A stretch of DNA of 64,000 nt from an uncultured Actinomycetes bacterium (GTDB lineage: Bacteria; Actinomycetota; Thermoleophilia; UBA2241), in the NCBI GenBank assembly GCA_963755025.1, contig CAVWIH010000024.1, positions 8,744-72,743 on the forward strand. Direction: 5' to 3'. The first letter of the stretch is position 1, and every line of letters starts with the position of its first letter. Below are positions 46,945 to 55,559 of the stretch, piece by piece. The notes below the pieces were generated by a model that was not told the DNA's origin, searched no databases, and saw only the letters and a program-made list of their open reading frames with translations. The position numbers and the translations under genes are program-made.

Positions 46945-48347
46945 ACTTCCCCCTTGTGTAGTGGTGACGAGACGGGCGTCAGCGCCGTCGTGACTTGCGT
47001 CAGGAACTCGCAGACCCGTTCAGTATCCTCCATGCTCCAGATTCGAGCCAGAATATCGTGCGCCGCGGGGCCGGGGAGCTGGCCGGCGGTGAGCCAGGCG
47101 AACTTGGCGCTCATCTCGTCGGCGGTCCACGCCGGCTCCGGGTACAGCACGTTCTCGACGACCCCGCTCGACACCGTGCGGCCGTCGCGCAGCCTGAGCG
47201 TGACCACGGCCGCGTCCTTGCCGCGCGGGTCGTTGGCTTCGGAGAGGTAGTAGAGGCGGGCGAGCTCGTCGGAGACGCGCACCTCGACGCGCTCGCACAG
47301 GGCGCGCACCTTGGCGCTCGCCAGGCGCGGCTCGAGGACCTGCCGGGGGCCGACCTCGCCGTCGACCAGAAAGACGGCGAGCGGCCAGGCCATGTTGAAC
47401 TGCGCCTCTTCGGTGGTCGTGGGCAGGCGGGTGCCGAGGCGTACGGCGTCGGGGTAGGTCTCGACCAGGATGTGCTCGACCGACGCCGGGCCGATGCCCT
47501 CGCAGGCGATGAGCCCCTCGAGGGCCAGCAGGGCCGGGTGCGTCCAGGCGCACGAGCAGAAGCGCTTCCAGGTGATGCCGACCGGCAGCAGGTACGACTC
47601 TCCCAGGTCGGCGACGAAGTCGTGAAAGGCGTCGAGCTCGAGGCTCGAGGCGACGCCGGTAAAGCCGCGGGCCGCGAGGTCGGCGGCCATGAGCCCGGTG
47701 AGCGCGCCCACGCCGACGCCGTGCTTGACCATGGCCGGGCGGGCCACGTCGCGCATGATGGGCAGGTCGGGGGAGTGGTACTCGGCGATGCCCAGGGCGT
47801 TGCTCGTCTGCGCGGCGGAGAGGCGCGCCACATTGGCCGCGATGGCAGCGCAGGCCGGCGCGCCCCACGCGCCGCAGCCGCGAAAGGCGCGCTCGGCCGA
47901 GGCCACGGCGGTGAGCTCGTAGTTGAGGCAGCGGCCGGCGCGAAAGGCAATCTCGTAGCCGACCACGATGGCGGTGAGCAGGTCTTTGCCGCTGTGGGCG
48001 CCGCGGTCGGTGAGGGCCAGCGCGGCCGGCACCACCTGGGCGCCGGGGTGGCCCCAGGTGTAGATGCCGCAGTCATCGACGTCGAGGGCGTTGGCGGCCA
48101 CGGCGTTGGCAAAGGCCGCGCCCGGCGCCGACGCTCGCGCGCCGTCGTAGACAAGGCGCGCCTCGGGCGCCGGCCACCAGGCGCCGGCGAGCTCGGCGGC
48201 GATGCGTGTCGAGGCCGTCTGGCGGCCGGCGATCATGGCCGCCAGGGTGTCGGCCAGGCACATCTTGGCGCGCAGCACGACGTCGGCCGGCAGGTCGTCG
48301 AACGTGAGACGTGCGGCGAACTCGACGGCCCTCGTCACGGCCGTCAC
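46941..48347 (-). CDS. MmgE/PrpD family protein
   Basis: The GTG start overlaps the mttB stop (GTGA). Contains FDDLPADVVLRAKMCLADTLAAMIAG..LDVDD..HPGAQVVPAALA. Confidence 0.75.
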   Translation of the reverse strand: MTAVTRAVEFAARLTFDDLPADVVLRAKMCLADTLAAMIAGRQTASTRIAAELAGAWWPAPEARLVYDGARASAPGAAFANAVAANALDVDDCGIYTWGHPGAQVVPAALALTDRGAHSGKDLLTAIVVGYEIAFRAGRCLNYELTAVASAERAFRGCGAWGAPACAAIAANVARLSAAQTSNALGIAEYHSPDLPIMRDVARPAMVKHGVGVGALTGLMAADLAARGFTGVASSLELDAFHDFVADLGESYLLPVGITWKRFCSCAWTHPALLALEGLIACEGIGPASVEHILVETYPDAVRLGTRLPTTTEEAQFNMAWPLAVFLVDGEVGPRQVLEPRLASAKVRALCERVEVRVSDELARLYYLSEANDPRGKDAAVVTLRLRDGRTVSSGVVENVLYPEPAWTADEMSAKFAWLTAGQLPGPAAHDILARIWSMEDTERVCEFLTQVTTALTPVSSPLHKGEV

Positions 48348-49750
48348 CGTCCGCGTAGCCGGAGCCTGTCGGCGAGCAGGGCCGCGAGCCGCGCCGCGGC
48401 AGCTTCGTCGACCAGCACGGGGCGCGGCCGGGCGAGCAGCTCTTTGGCGGCGGCGCTGGTGCGCTCGCGCAGCGTCTGCGACCCCTCGGAGCGCCAGCGG
48501 TCGTGCATGGTGTGGCTGAAGAGGCTCGTCTCCCAGAAATCGCGGTAGTGGCTGCGCGTGTAGCGCGTCGCCAGGTGATTGCCGCCGGGACCGGCCGCCT
48601 TGATCTCGTCGAGGGCCAGCGCCTCGTCGTCGAACGAGGTCTCGCGCAGAAAGGCGCGGGCGTAGCCCACCAGCTCGTTGCCCAGCAGGATCGACTCGTA
48701 CGAGCTCTGCAGGCCCGACTCGAGGTAGCCCACGTCGTGCAGCAGCGTGGCTTTGGAGAGCGCCCCCAGCAGCGCGGTGAGGGCGGCTTCGGCCGACCAC
48801 TGTTCGTCGAGCGTCTTCGAGTCGGACACGGCGGCATACGAGAAACTGGGCAGGCCGTAGTGCCGGGCCATGTCGACGCCCGCCTGGTGGCCCAGGAAAC
48901 TTTCGGGCACGACGTAGGGGTCGATGCCGGTGCGCATGTCCATGACGGCGACGCCGGCGCCGTAGACGAAGGGCGCGCCGGCCGCGGTGAGCTGGTGCAG
49001 CACGAGGCCGCTCAGCACCTCGGCGTTGCCGACCACGAGGCTGGCCGCTACCGAGCGCGGCGCGGTGGCGCCGGCGTTGGGCGCCGGCGCGTAGACCAGC
49101 GGCACGCCGAGCTCGGCGCAGGCGATCACCTTGGTGAGCGCGTCGCCGTCGTGCATGAGGGGCGGCGAGGGCATGGCGTAGATGATCACGCTGTCGGCGG
49201 CGCCACAGGCGGCGGCCATCGCCTTGATGTCGGCGATCACGTCGCCCTGGCGCGGCGCCACCACGAGGGGCTTGCCGGTGCCGCGCAGCATGGCGGCGAC
49301 CTGGGCGAGGTCGTCGACGGCCTGGGGGACGTCGGCCGGCAATCCCATCGACATGACGAAGTCGATATTGGCGAGGCGGTCGCAGAAGGCGGCCATGGTC
49401 TCGATGTCGGCGGTCGTCGCGCGGCGCCGCTCGGAGGTCTCGGGGTCGCGCACGTAGAGGCAGTCGGAGCCCGTGCCGAAGTACGACTCGGCCGCGCTCA
49501 GCCGCAGCGCGCGGCCGTCGTGGCGGGCGCGCACCGTGGCCGAGCGCGGCGCCGACTCGAGCGCGGCGCGCACCAGCTCGCGGCTCAGACGCACCCGGCG
49601 GCCGGCGACACTGGCGCCGGCCGCCGCCAGCGTCTCGAGGGCGGGCTCGTAGAACACGTCGACGCCGACGGTCTCGAGCAGGTCGACGGTCGCGTCGTGG
49701 ACCCGCCGGCAGTCGCCGTCGTCGAGCAGTGTGAGACTGGCGTGGGCCAT
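48344..49750 (-). CDS. MttB-superfamily methyltransferase, paralogue 5
   Basis: Contains NIDFVMSMGLP, HDVGYLESGLQSS and GPGGNHLA. ATG follows GGGGAACC. Confidence 0.85.
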   Translation of the reverse strand: MAHASLTLLDDGDCRRVHDATVDLLETVGVDVFYEPALETLAAAGASVAGRRVRLSRELVRAALESAPRSATVRARHDGRALRLSAAESYFGTGSDCLYVRDPETSERRRATTADIETMAAFCDRLANIDFVMSMGLPADVPQAVDDLAQVAAMLRGTGKPLVVAPRQGDVIADIKAMAAACGAADSVIIYAMPSPPLMHDGDALTKVIACAELGVPLVYAPAPNAGATAPRSVAASLVVGNAEVLSGLVLHQLTAAGAPFVYGAGVAVMDMRTGIDPYVVPESFLGHQAGVDMARHYGLPSFSYAAVSDSKTLDEQWSAEAALTALLGALSKATLLHDVGYLESGLQSSYESILLGNELVGYARAFLRETSFDDEALALDEIKAAGPGGNHLATRYTRSHYRDFWETSLFSHTMHDRWRSEGSQTLRERTSAAAKELLARPRPVLVDEAAAARLAALLADRLRLRGR

Positions 49751-49801
49751 GCGGGGTTCCCCGATCGTCTGCGCGGCGGGCGTTCAACCGCGGCGCCGTG
49801 G

Positions 49802-49898
49802 GTCACTTGCTTTGTGCTACCGTAAACTGGTCGGCCAGACAACAGGCATTGGCTTAAGCGGAACGAGGCGGCGGACCCTGCGCGTACAAGCAAGTGAC
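49802..49898. promoter_or_regulatory. Inverted repeat pair in the mttB5 / TetR divergent intergenic region (candidate operator)
   Basis: GTCACTTGCTTTGT (49802-15) and ACAAGCAAGTGAC (49886-98) flank a relatively AT-richer 70-bp core. Confidence 0.4.
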
Positions 49899-49925
49899 TC
49901 GGGGCGCTCGCGCGAGGAGGCGCGG

Positions 49926-50987
49926 GTGCAGGAGGAGGCGCCGCATGCAGGCGCGACGGCTCACCTTCGCGACGAGGCGGCCGCGCTCGACGTGCTGTGG
50001 CGCGTGTACTGCGCGCCCGACGGGCGCACGGCGGTCTGCCCGGGCTGCGCCGAGGCGCGGCGCTTTCATCGCGTCTCGCGGCGCCGCGCCTACGCCTGCG
50101 ACCGCTGCGGCGCGCACATCTACCCGGCCGCGGCCACGCCCTTCCGCCGCTCGGCGCTGCCCCTTTCGGACTGGCTCACCGCCACGGCGATCGTCGTCGA
50201 GTCGGGCGGCAAGGTGACCCCCGCGCGCCTGGCGCGTGCGCTCGGCGTGGAGTACCGCACGGGCTGGCGCATGAGGGAACGCCTCACGGGCGCGTTGCGC
50301 TCAGACGGCGATGCAGTGGAGCGGCTCGAGGCCTGCGCTCGCGCCTGGCGTAACGCCGGGGGGTCGCCCGACGAGCCGCTCGTCGACGCCCAGCGGCCCG
50401 AGGAGCGCATTCGCGCCGCCGCCTGCCGCGTGCTGGCCGAGCGCGGGTTGAGCTCTACCCGTGTGGCCGACATCGCCCGCGAGGCCGGCGTGTCGAGCGC
50501 CGCCATCCACTATTACTTCAAGAGCAAAGACGAGGTCCTGCTCTCGGCGCTGCTCTGGACCGGCGAGCAGTTGCACGCGGGCTTGCGGCGGCTGACCGAA
50601 GAGCCGGCCGACGCACTGACCCGGATGCGCCGCCTGCTCGACATGAGCGTGCCCAGCGACCAGCGCCTGCACGACGAGTACCTGCTCTGGCTCGAGGTCT
50701 GGGTACGCGTGCGCAGCCACCCCGACTTTCTCGACGAGTGCATGCGCATGTCGCGCCAGTGGCACGAGGCCGTGACGACCGTCATCGCCCGGGGCGTCGC
50801 CGAAGGCGCCTTTCGCCCGATCGTGCCGCTGGCGGAGCTCTGCGACCGCTACGTCGCCATGGCGGAGAGCCTCGCCTATCGCGCGGCTCTCGGGTACGAG
50901 GGGTTCACCCCCGAACGGTCCCGGCAGATCCTGGCCCGCTTCACGGCCGAGCAGCTGCAGGTCGCGCCGGGGGCGCTCGACGCGTAG
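49926..50987 (+). CDS. Fusion regulator: IS1595-type transposase zinc-ribbon/HTH N-domain + TetR family repressor
   Basis: GTG 49926 follows GAGGAGG. N-domain: CPGC..YACDRCG..TPFRRSALPLSDWL..LARALGVEYRTGWRMRERL. C-domain: RVADIAREAGVSSAAIHYYFKSKDEVL plus a TetR ligand domain. Confidence 0.7.
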   Translation: MQEEAPHAGATAHLRDEAAALDVLWRVYCAPDGRTAVCPGCAEARRFHRVSRRRAYACDRCGAHIYPAAATPFRRSALPLSDWLTATAIVVESGGKVTPARLARALGVEYRTGWRMRERLTGALRSDGDAVERLEACARAWRNAGGSPDEPLVDAQRPEERIRAAACRVLAERGLSSTRVADIAREAGVSSAAIHYYFKSKDEVLLSALLWTGEQLHAGLRRLTEEPADALTRMRRLLDMSVPSDQRLHDEYLLWLEVWVRVRSHPDFLDECMRMSRQWHEAVTTVIARGVAEGAFRPIVPLAELCDRYVAMAESLAYRAALGYEGFTPERSRQILARFTAEQLQVAPGALDA

Positions 50988-51078
50988 AGCGTGAGGCGGG
51001 GCTCCGCGCGGAGCAATACGCGGCGCGACGGTCGGCACGCCGCGCCGGCGCCGCGCCGGCGGTTCGCGACGAAGGCGC

Positions 51079-51678
51079 TCAGCGCGCCGCGGCCGACCCT
51101 TGCGCCGGGCGCGCGTCGAGCGGATCGAGCGCGACCCGGCCGTCGTCGGCGACGTGCGGCGTCCAGGCCGTCCCGTCCCAGTAGCGGTGCGTGTGGCGGC
51201 CGGTCGGGTCGGGGTGCCAGGCGGCGGGAACGGCCTGATACTGCGGGCGGGGCGTCTGCTGCCGGCCTGCCGGCTCGGGCCGCGGCGGCCGGTAGGCGGC
51301 GAACCAGGCGGTCGCCGGCCGTCCGAACAGCAAGACGATGGCGACCGCGCGCATCGCCGTGTCGCAGGCAAACCAGGCCAGCGACACGGTGGTGTGGTGC
51401 ACGGTGAGCAGGGCCGGCAGGCTGATCAGCGCGCCGAGCACGAACAGGACCGTGTACACGATCAGCGCCCAGCGCCTGCCGAACGCCATGGCGGTCACCA
51501 GGCCGATGGCCACCGCGAAGCCGATGATGGCGGCGCCGCGCAGGGGCCAGACCAGGGAGGCGGCGGGGTTCGACAGCGAGGCCAGCCTCACGGAGACGTC
51601 CACGATGAGCGCCCAGCCGATCAGGCAGACGGCTACCGTGACCGCCGTCGGCCTCGCCGGGCGTACTGTGGCGACCAA
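51079..51678 (-). CDS. DUF2510-containing membrane protein
   Basis: Four predicted TM helices are followed by WHPDPTGRHTHRYWDGTAWTPHV. The start (TTG 51678) is uncertain. Confidence 0.6.
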   Translation of the reverse strand: MVATVRPARPTAVTVAVCLIGWALIVDVSVRLASLSNPAASLVWPLRGAAIIGFAVAIGLVTAMAFGRRWALIVYTVLFVLGALISLPALLTVHHTTVSLAWFACDTAMRAVAIVLLFGRPATAWFAAYRPPRPEPAGRQQTPRPQYQAVPAAWHPDPTGRHTHRYWDGTAWTPHVADDGRVALDPLDARPAQGSAAAR

Positions 51679-52022
51679 GAGATCCCCCTTAGGCGGGCGG
51701 GTCGCGACGCGCGCCCGCGTCGGGCGCGCTCGAGACCCGCGTTCGCAGACCATCGCTCTCTCTTCAAGGTCGACACGCCGCGCCCGGCGCTTGAATTGCA
51801 GGCGCGCGCGGCGCGCGAACAGGCGCGGCCGCGCGAGAGGCGCGCGCCGCGCGAGAAAGCCCGGCCCGCGGCGGGCCGACGCAAGAAGGGCGCCGGGGCG
51901 GTGCGCGCCGCGGCGCCCTTCGGGGCGTCGACCCATGCTCTTACGCGGAGCTCACGGGAGAGTCCTCGGGCGGACCCGCGGTGAGCTCGGGCGCGGCGCC
52001 CGCGGGCGCCGCCGCTCAGGCG

Positions 52023-53303
52023 TCAGTCGTCGAAGTTCCCTGCGGCGCCCTTGTCGGTGTCGAGCGAGGCGGCGCGCTCGGCGATCTTGGCGTCGGTCCA
52101 CTCGGCGGGGTCTTCGAGGCGGCCCGTCTTGGGCTTGAGGTCGTAGGAGCCCGCGGTGAGGATGGCCTCGATGGCCAGCGGCGCGGTGTCGCGCGCGTTG
52201 AAGACCTCGGTCATCATCTTGAACGTGAAGTCCTCGACCCGCTGCGCCATGCGCTCGCGGATCTCCCTGGGCTGCGCCAGGAACGGGCTCTCGAAGGGCA
52301 GGTTGAGGCTCTTGTAGTCGCCCTTGTGCCAGCCCTTGTCGTCGGCGTAGGCGACCACCTTGGCCCACATCTCCTCGGTCACGCCCTCGCCCTTGACCTT
52401 GATGAAGTTGCCGTCGGCGTCGAGGATCGCGTTGCCGTAGTCGTTGACCTCGAGGCCCCAGGAGACCATCTGCAGGGCGGTGGCCACGTTGGCCTTGGTG
52501 GTGTGCGTCTGGGCGGCGATCTCGCGCAGGCGCTCGGAGCTGTTGCCCGAGGTGCCGTGCTGGGCGCCACTCACCTCGTAGGGCGCGAGGACCTCGTGGA
52601 CCTTGGCGGTGAGCTCCACCTGGATGCCGGCGCTCGATGCCTCGATGCCGTGGGTGGTGCCGTTGTTCAAGGCGATCCAGTCGGCGAAGACGTCGTGCGC
52701 GTTGAGGCCCTGGATGAGGAACAGCGCCTCGTCGGGCGTAGAGAGCCCGGAAGAGCCCTTGATCTCGCCGACCTCGGTCTCGAGACCGGCCCACGCCGGG
52801 ATGTGCGGATTGACGGCGAGGTTGGCCAGCAGGTTCTTGTCGTTGGGCTGGTGCGAAGCGTCGATGGCGATCGACGTGATGCCCGCCTCGAACATGGTGG
52901 GCACCTCGACCATGGCCTGCGCGAGGTCGGCGTCGTTCTTGATGCCGTAGTGGTCGGCGTGCACGGCGACCGGGACGGTGATGCCCATCTCGTTGCACAG
53001 CGAGTCGACGATGCGCGCCATGTTCCAGTAGTTCACCGGGCAGTAGGCCTTCTGGCCGCCCTCGGACTTGGCGATCTCGATGATGAGGGCGGCGTTGGCC
53101 TTTTGCGCGGCGCGCAGCGCCCCGCGGATGACGAACGAGTTGCGCCCGTTGGCGGCCATCGCGATGGCGTGGCCCTTGGCGCGCATGGCGCGGTCGATGA
53201 CCTTGCCGCTGACGATCAGCGCCTTGGAGTTCGGGAACAGGGACGCGACGGTGGGCGGACGGCCCACCTGGACGGCTTTCTCGAAATCCTTGTCGTACGC
53301 CAT
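52023..53303 (-). CDS. fba: Class II fructose/ketose-bisphosphate aldolase (long type)
   Basis: ATG follows GAAGGAGA. Contains VAVHADHY, ETEVGEIKG, NNGTTHG and SGAQHGTSG. Confidence 0.85.
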   Translation of the reverse strand: MAYDKDFEKAVQVGRPPTVASLFPNSKALIVSGKVIDRAMRAKGHAIAMAANGRNSFVIRGALRAAQKANAALIIEIAKSEGGQKAYCPVNYWNMARIVDSLCNEMGITVPVAVHADHYGIKNDADLAQAMVEVPTMFEAGITSIAIDASHQPNDKNLLANLAVNPHIPAWAGLETEVGEIKGSSGLSTPDEALFLIQGLNAHDVFADWIALNNGTTHGIEASSAGIQVELTAKVHEVLAPYEVSGAQHGTSGNSSERLREIAAQTHTTKANVATALQMVSWGLEVNDYGNAILDADGNFIKVKGEGVTEEMWAKVVAYADDKGWHKGDYKSLNLPFESPFLAQPREIRERMAQRVEDFTFKMMTEVFNARDTAPLAIEAILTAGSYDLKPKTGRLEDPAEWTDAKIAERAASLDTDKGAAGNFDD

Positions 53304-53347
53304 GGACGGTCTCCTTCAGGGGTCATGGATGCGGTATGGCCGCGCTG

Positions 53348-53368
53348 TAAACGATTGCATAAACGATT
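53348..53368. promoter_or_regulatory. Direct repeat TAAACGATT-N3-TAAACGATT in the fba upstream AT-rich patch
   Basis: Copies at 53348-56 and 53360-68, 45-65 nt upstream of the fba start on the minus strand. A TAGAAT-like -10 element is adjacent. Confidence 0.35.
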
Positions 53369-53437
53369 CTATCCAATCCGGACGGTGGGGGCAGCGGAGC
53401 CGTGGCTTCTGTTGAAGCGGCCATGTTCGAGTGAGCG

Positions 53438-54115
53438 CTACCCCGCCAGCCCAATGATCCCCTTGCCGATCAGCAAGGCCCCGAAGACGAGGAGCAGCGA
53501 ACAGGCGACGGCCGCGTCGTGTGCGACCAGCCAGACTTTCCAGTCCTGGAGCCGTTCCCCCGCTTTACGACCTCTGGCGAGATAGACCGCCACGGGCGCC
53601 AGGATGCCGAGGCTGCCGATCACGACGAGGACTACCACGGCCAGGGCCTGGTCGGCCGCCGACAGCGACCTCTGGGCGACGGCCAGGGCCGCGACAGCGC
53701 CCAGCACGAACGTCTTGGGACTCACAGATGACAATATGAAAGACAGGCCCAGGGCTCGGGGCGGGGTCGTGCGGTCCAGCTCCTTCATCCACCTCGGAGT
53801 GGGTGGGTCCTGCCCGCGCTTGGGACGCCGCCGAAACTCGAGGCCCGCCAGTACCAACAGGATGAGACCAAGCACGAGCTTGACGAGGCCGACCCAGCTT
53901 CGCTCATGCGACGACGACGTGACCCCGAGTGACTCGCTGACGATCAGCACGACCGTCGATACCGCCGCCAGGCCCACCATCCAGCCGAGCAGAAACGAGA
54001 CGCCGTTCGCCCGAGCCCTGGGGGTGATGAGCATGAGGATGACCGCGATGATGGCCAGCGGGCTGATGGCGATGCCCATCGCCAACGGCAGAATGTCCCC
54101 CAGTGCCTGTGCCAC
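53438..54115 (-). CDS. GAP family (DUF2910-like) membrane protein
   Basis: GTG start. Six hydrophobic segments. Begins MAQALGDILPLAMGIAISPLAIIAVILML. Confidence 0.6.
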   Translation of the reverse strand: MAQALGDILPLAMGIAISPLAIIAVILMLITPRARANGVSFLLGWMVGLAAVSTVVLIVSESLGVTSSSHERSWVGLVKLVLGLILLVLAGLEFRRRPKRGQDPPTPRWMKELDRTTPPRALGLSFILSSVSPKTFVLGAVAALAVAQRSLSAADQALAVVVLVVIGSLGILAPVAVYLARGRKAGERLQDWKVWLVAHDAAVACSLLLVFGALLIGKGIIGLAG

Positions 54116-54133
54116 GGTCGCTCTCTCGCCTAG

Positions 54134-55486
54134 CAGGCTACTGAAGATCGCCTCGCCTCAAGCTCTCCGAGAGCCTTCCGGAGGATGACCCTCGCCGCCT
54201 CGCGAACCTGCTAGTGTGCGGCCAGGCAGGCGACGGGGAGGGGCTCAGGATGCGCGGTGACGAGGAGCGGCAGGCGGGGTTCATCGTCATGACCACGCTC
54301 GAGGACGTGGTGCCCGACGATCATCCCCTGCGCGCCATCCGCGCCCTGGTCGACGTCGCCCTTGGGCAGATGAGTCCCGAGCTCGAGACTCTCTACGCCG
54401 AGCGCGGTCGCCCCTCGATCGCCCCCGAGTACCTGCTGCGCGCCCAGCTTGCCCAGATCCTCTACGCCATCCCCTCCGAGCGCCGCCTGGTCGAACAGCT
54501 GCGCTATAACCTCCTGCTGCGCTGGTTCGTGGGCCTGCCCTTCGACGAGCCGGTCTGGCATCCGACGACCTTCACCAAGAACCGCGACCGCCTGCTCACG
54601 AGGGAGGTCGCCGAGGCCTTCTTCTCTGCCGTGCGCTGCCAGGCCGCCTCGCGCAAGCTGCTCTCCCGCGAGCACTTCTCCGTGGACGGCACGCTCCTTG
54701 AGGCGGCCGCCTCCTTGAAGAGCCTGCGGCCCCGCGAGGAGGGTGAAGATGGGGAGCCGCCGGCCGGCGGCGGCGGGCGCAACCGCAGCGTCGACTTCCA
54801 CGGCGAGAAGCGCGGCAACGAGACGCACCGCTCGACGACCGACCCCGACTCACGCCTGGCCAAGAAGGGACGCGGCAAGGAGGCGCGTCTCTGCTACGCC
54901 GGCCACAGCCTCACCGAGAACCGCCACGGCCTGATCGTCGACTGCGAGCTGACTGCGGCCACCGGCAGCTGCGAGCGTGAGGCCGGCCTGCGGCTGCTCG
55001 CCCGTCAGCGGCGCCGCTCCGGCCGCGCTCGCCTGAGCGTAGGCGCCGACCGCGGCTACGACACGGCCGGCTTCGTCGCCCGGGCTCGCGAGCTGCACAT
55101 CACCCCGCACGTGGCCGCCAAGGACCGCTTCAGCGCCGTCGACGGCCGCACCACCCGCCACGCCGGCTACGCCACAAGCCAGCGTCGACGCAAGCTCGTC
55201 GAGGAGCCCTTCGGCTGGATGAAGACGGTCGGCGGCCTGCGCAAGCTGCGCCACCGCGGCGCGGCCAGGGTCTCGGCCATCTTCACCTTCGCCTGCGCGG
55301 CCTACAACCTGGTGCGCTTGCGGCGGTTGCTGGCGGAGCCGGCTCTGAGGTAGGGCCAGAGGCCCGGAAGGGCTCCCAAAGGGGCTGCCTTGCGGGGCTC
55401 GACAGCTCCAGAAACCACCTCATCCGTCTCGCCACGGCTCCTGGCTGCACGACACTCTCCGGAGGGCGCGCTTGTTCAGCAGCCTG
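54134..55486 (+). mobile_element. IS5-family insertion sequence with CTAG target-site duplication
   Basis: Terminal inverted repeats CAGGCTACTGAA (54134-45) and TTCAGCAGCCTG (55475-86). CTAG flanks both ends (54130-33 and 55487-90). Confidence 0.75.
54250..55353 (+). CDS. IS5-family transposase (DUF772 N-domain + DDE)
   Basis: ATG follows GGGGAGGGG. Contains LEDVVPDDHPLRAI, SERRLVEQLRYNLLLRWFVGL and VGADRGYD. The reading frame is intact. Confidence 0.85.
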   Translation: MRGDEERQAGFIVMTTLEDVVPDDHPLRAIRALVDVALGQMSPELETLYAERGRPSIAPEYLLRAQLAQILYAIPSERRLVEQLRYNLLLRWFVGLPFDEPVWHPTTFTKNRDRLLTREVAEAFFSAVRCQAASRKLLSREHFSVDGTLLEAAASLKSLRPREEGEDGEPPAGGGGRNRSVDFHGEKRGNETHRSTTDPDSRLAKKGRGKEARLCYAGHSLTENRHGLIVDCELTAATGSCEREAGLRLLARQRRRSGRARLSVGADRGYDTAGFVARARELHITPHVAAKDRFSAVDGRTTRHAGYATSQRRRKLVEEPFGWMKTVGGLRKLRHRGAARVSAIFTFACAAYNLVRLRRLLAEPALR

Positions 55487-55559
55487 CTAGAGGCTCCTGC
55501 GGCGCTACACCTTTCTCGATAACGACCACGTCGGGTCGTCACTCGAGGAGGTCAGGGTC

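Noticed and set aside
6217-49750. Pyrrolysine (in-frame TAG) or selenocysteine (in-frame TGA) recoding inside the mttB paralogues
   Set aside because: All five full-length paralogues are uninterrupted ORFs of the expected length. The TAG ending ORF 11266..12009 lies in the inverted permease fragment, not in mttB sequence.
46941-49787. 948-aa ORF
   Set aside because: The situation is the same as above. The real PrpD-family gene starts at GTG 48347, and the N-terminal 480 aa are an alternative frame of mttB paralogue 5.
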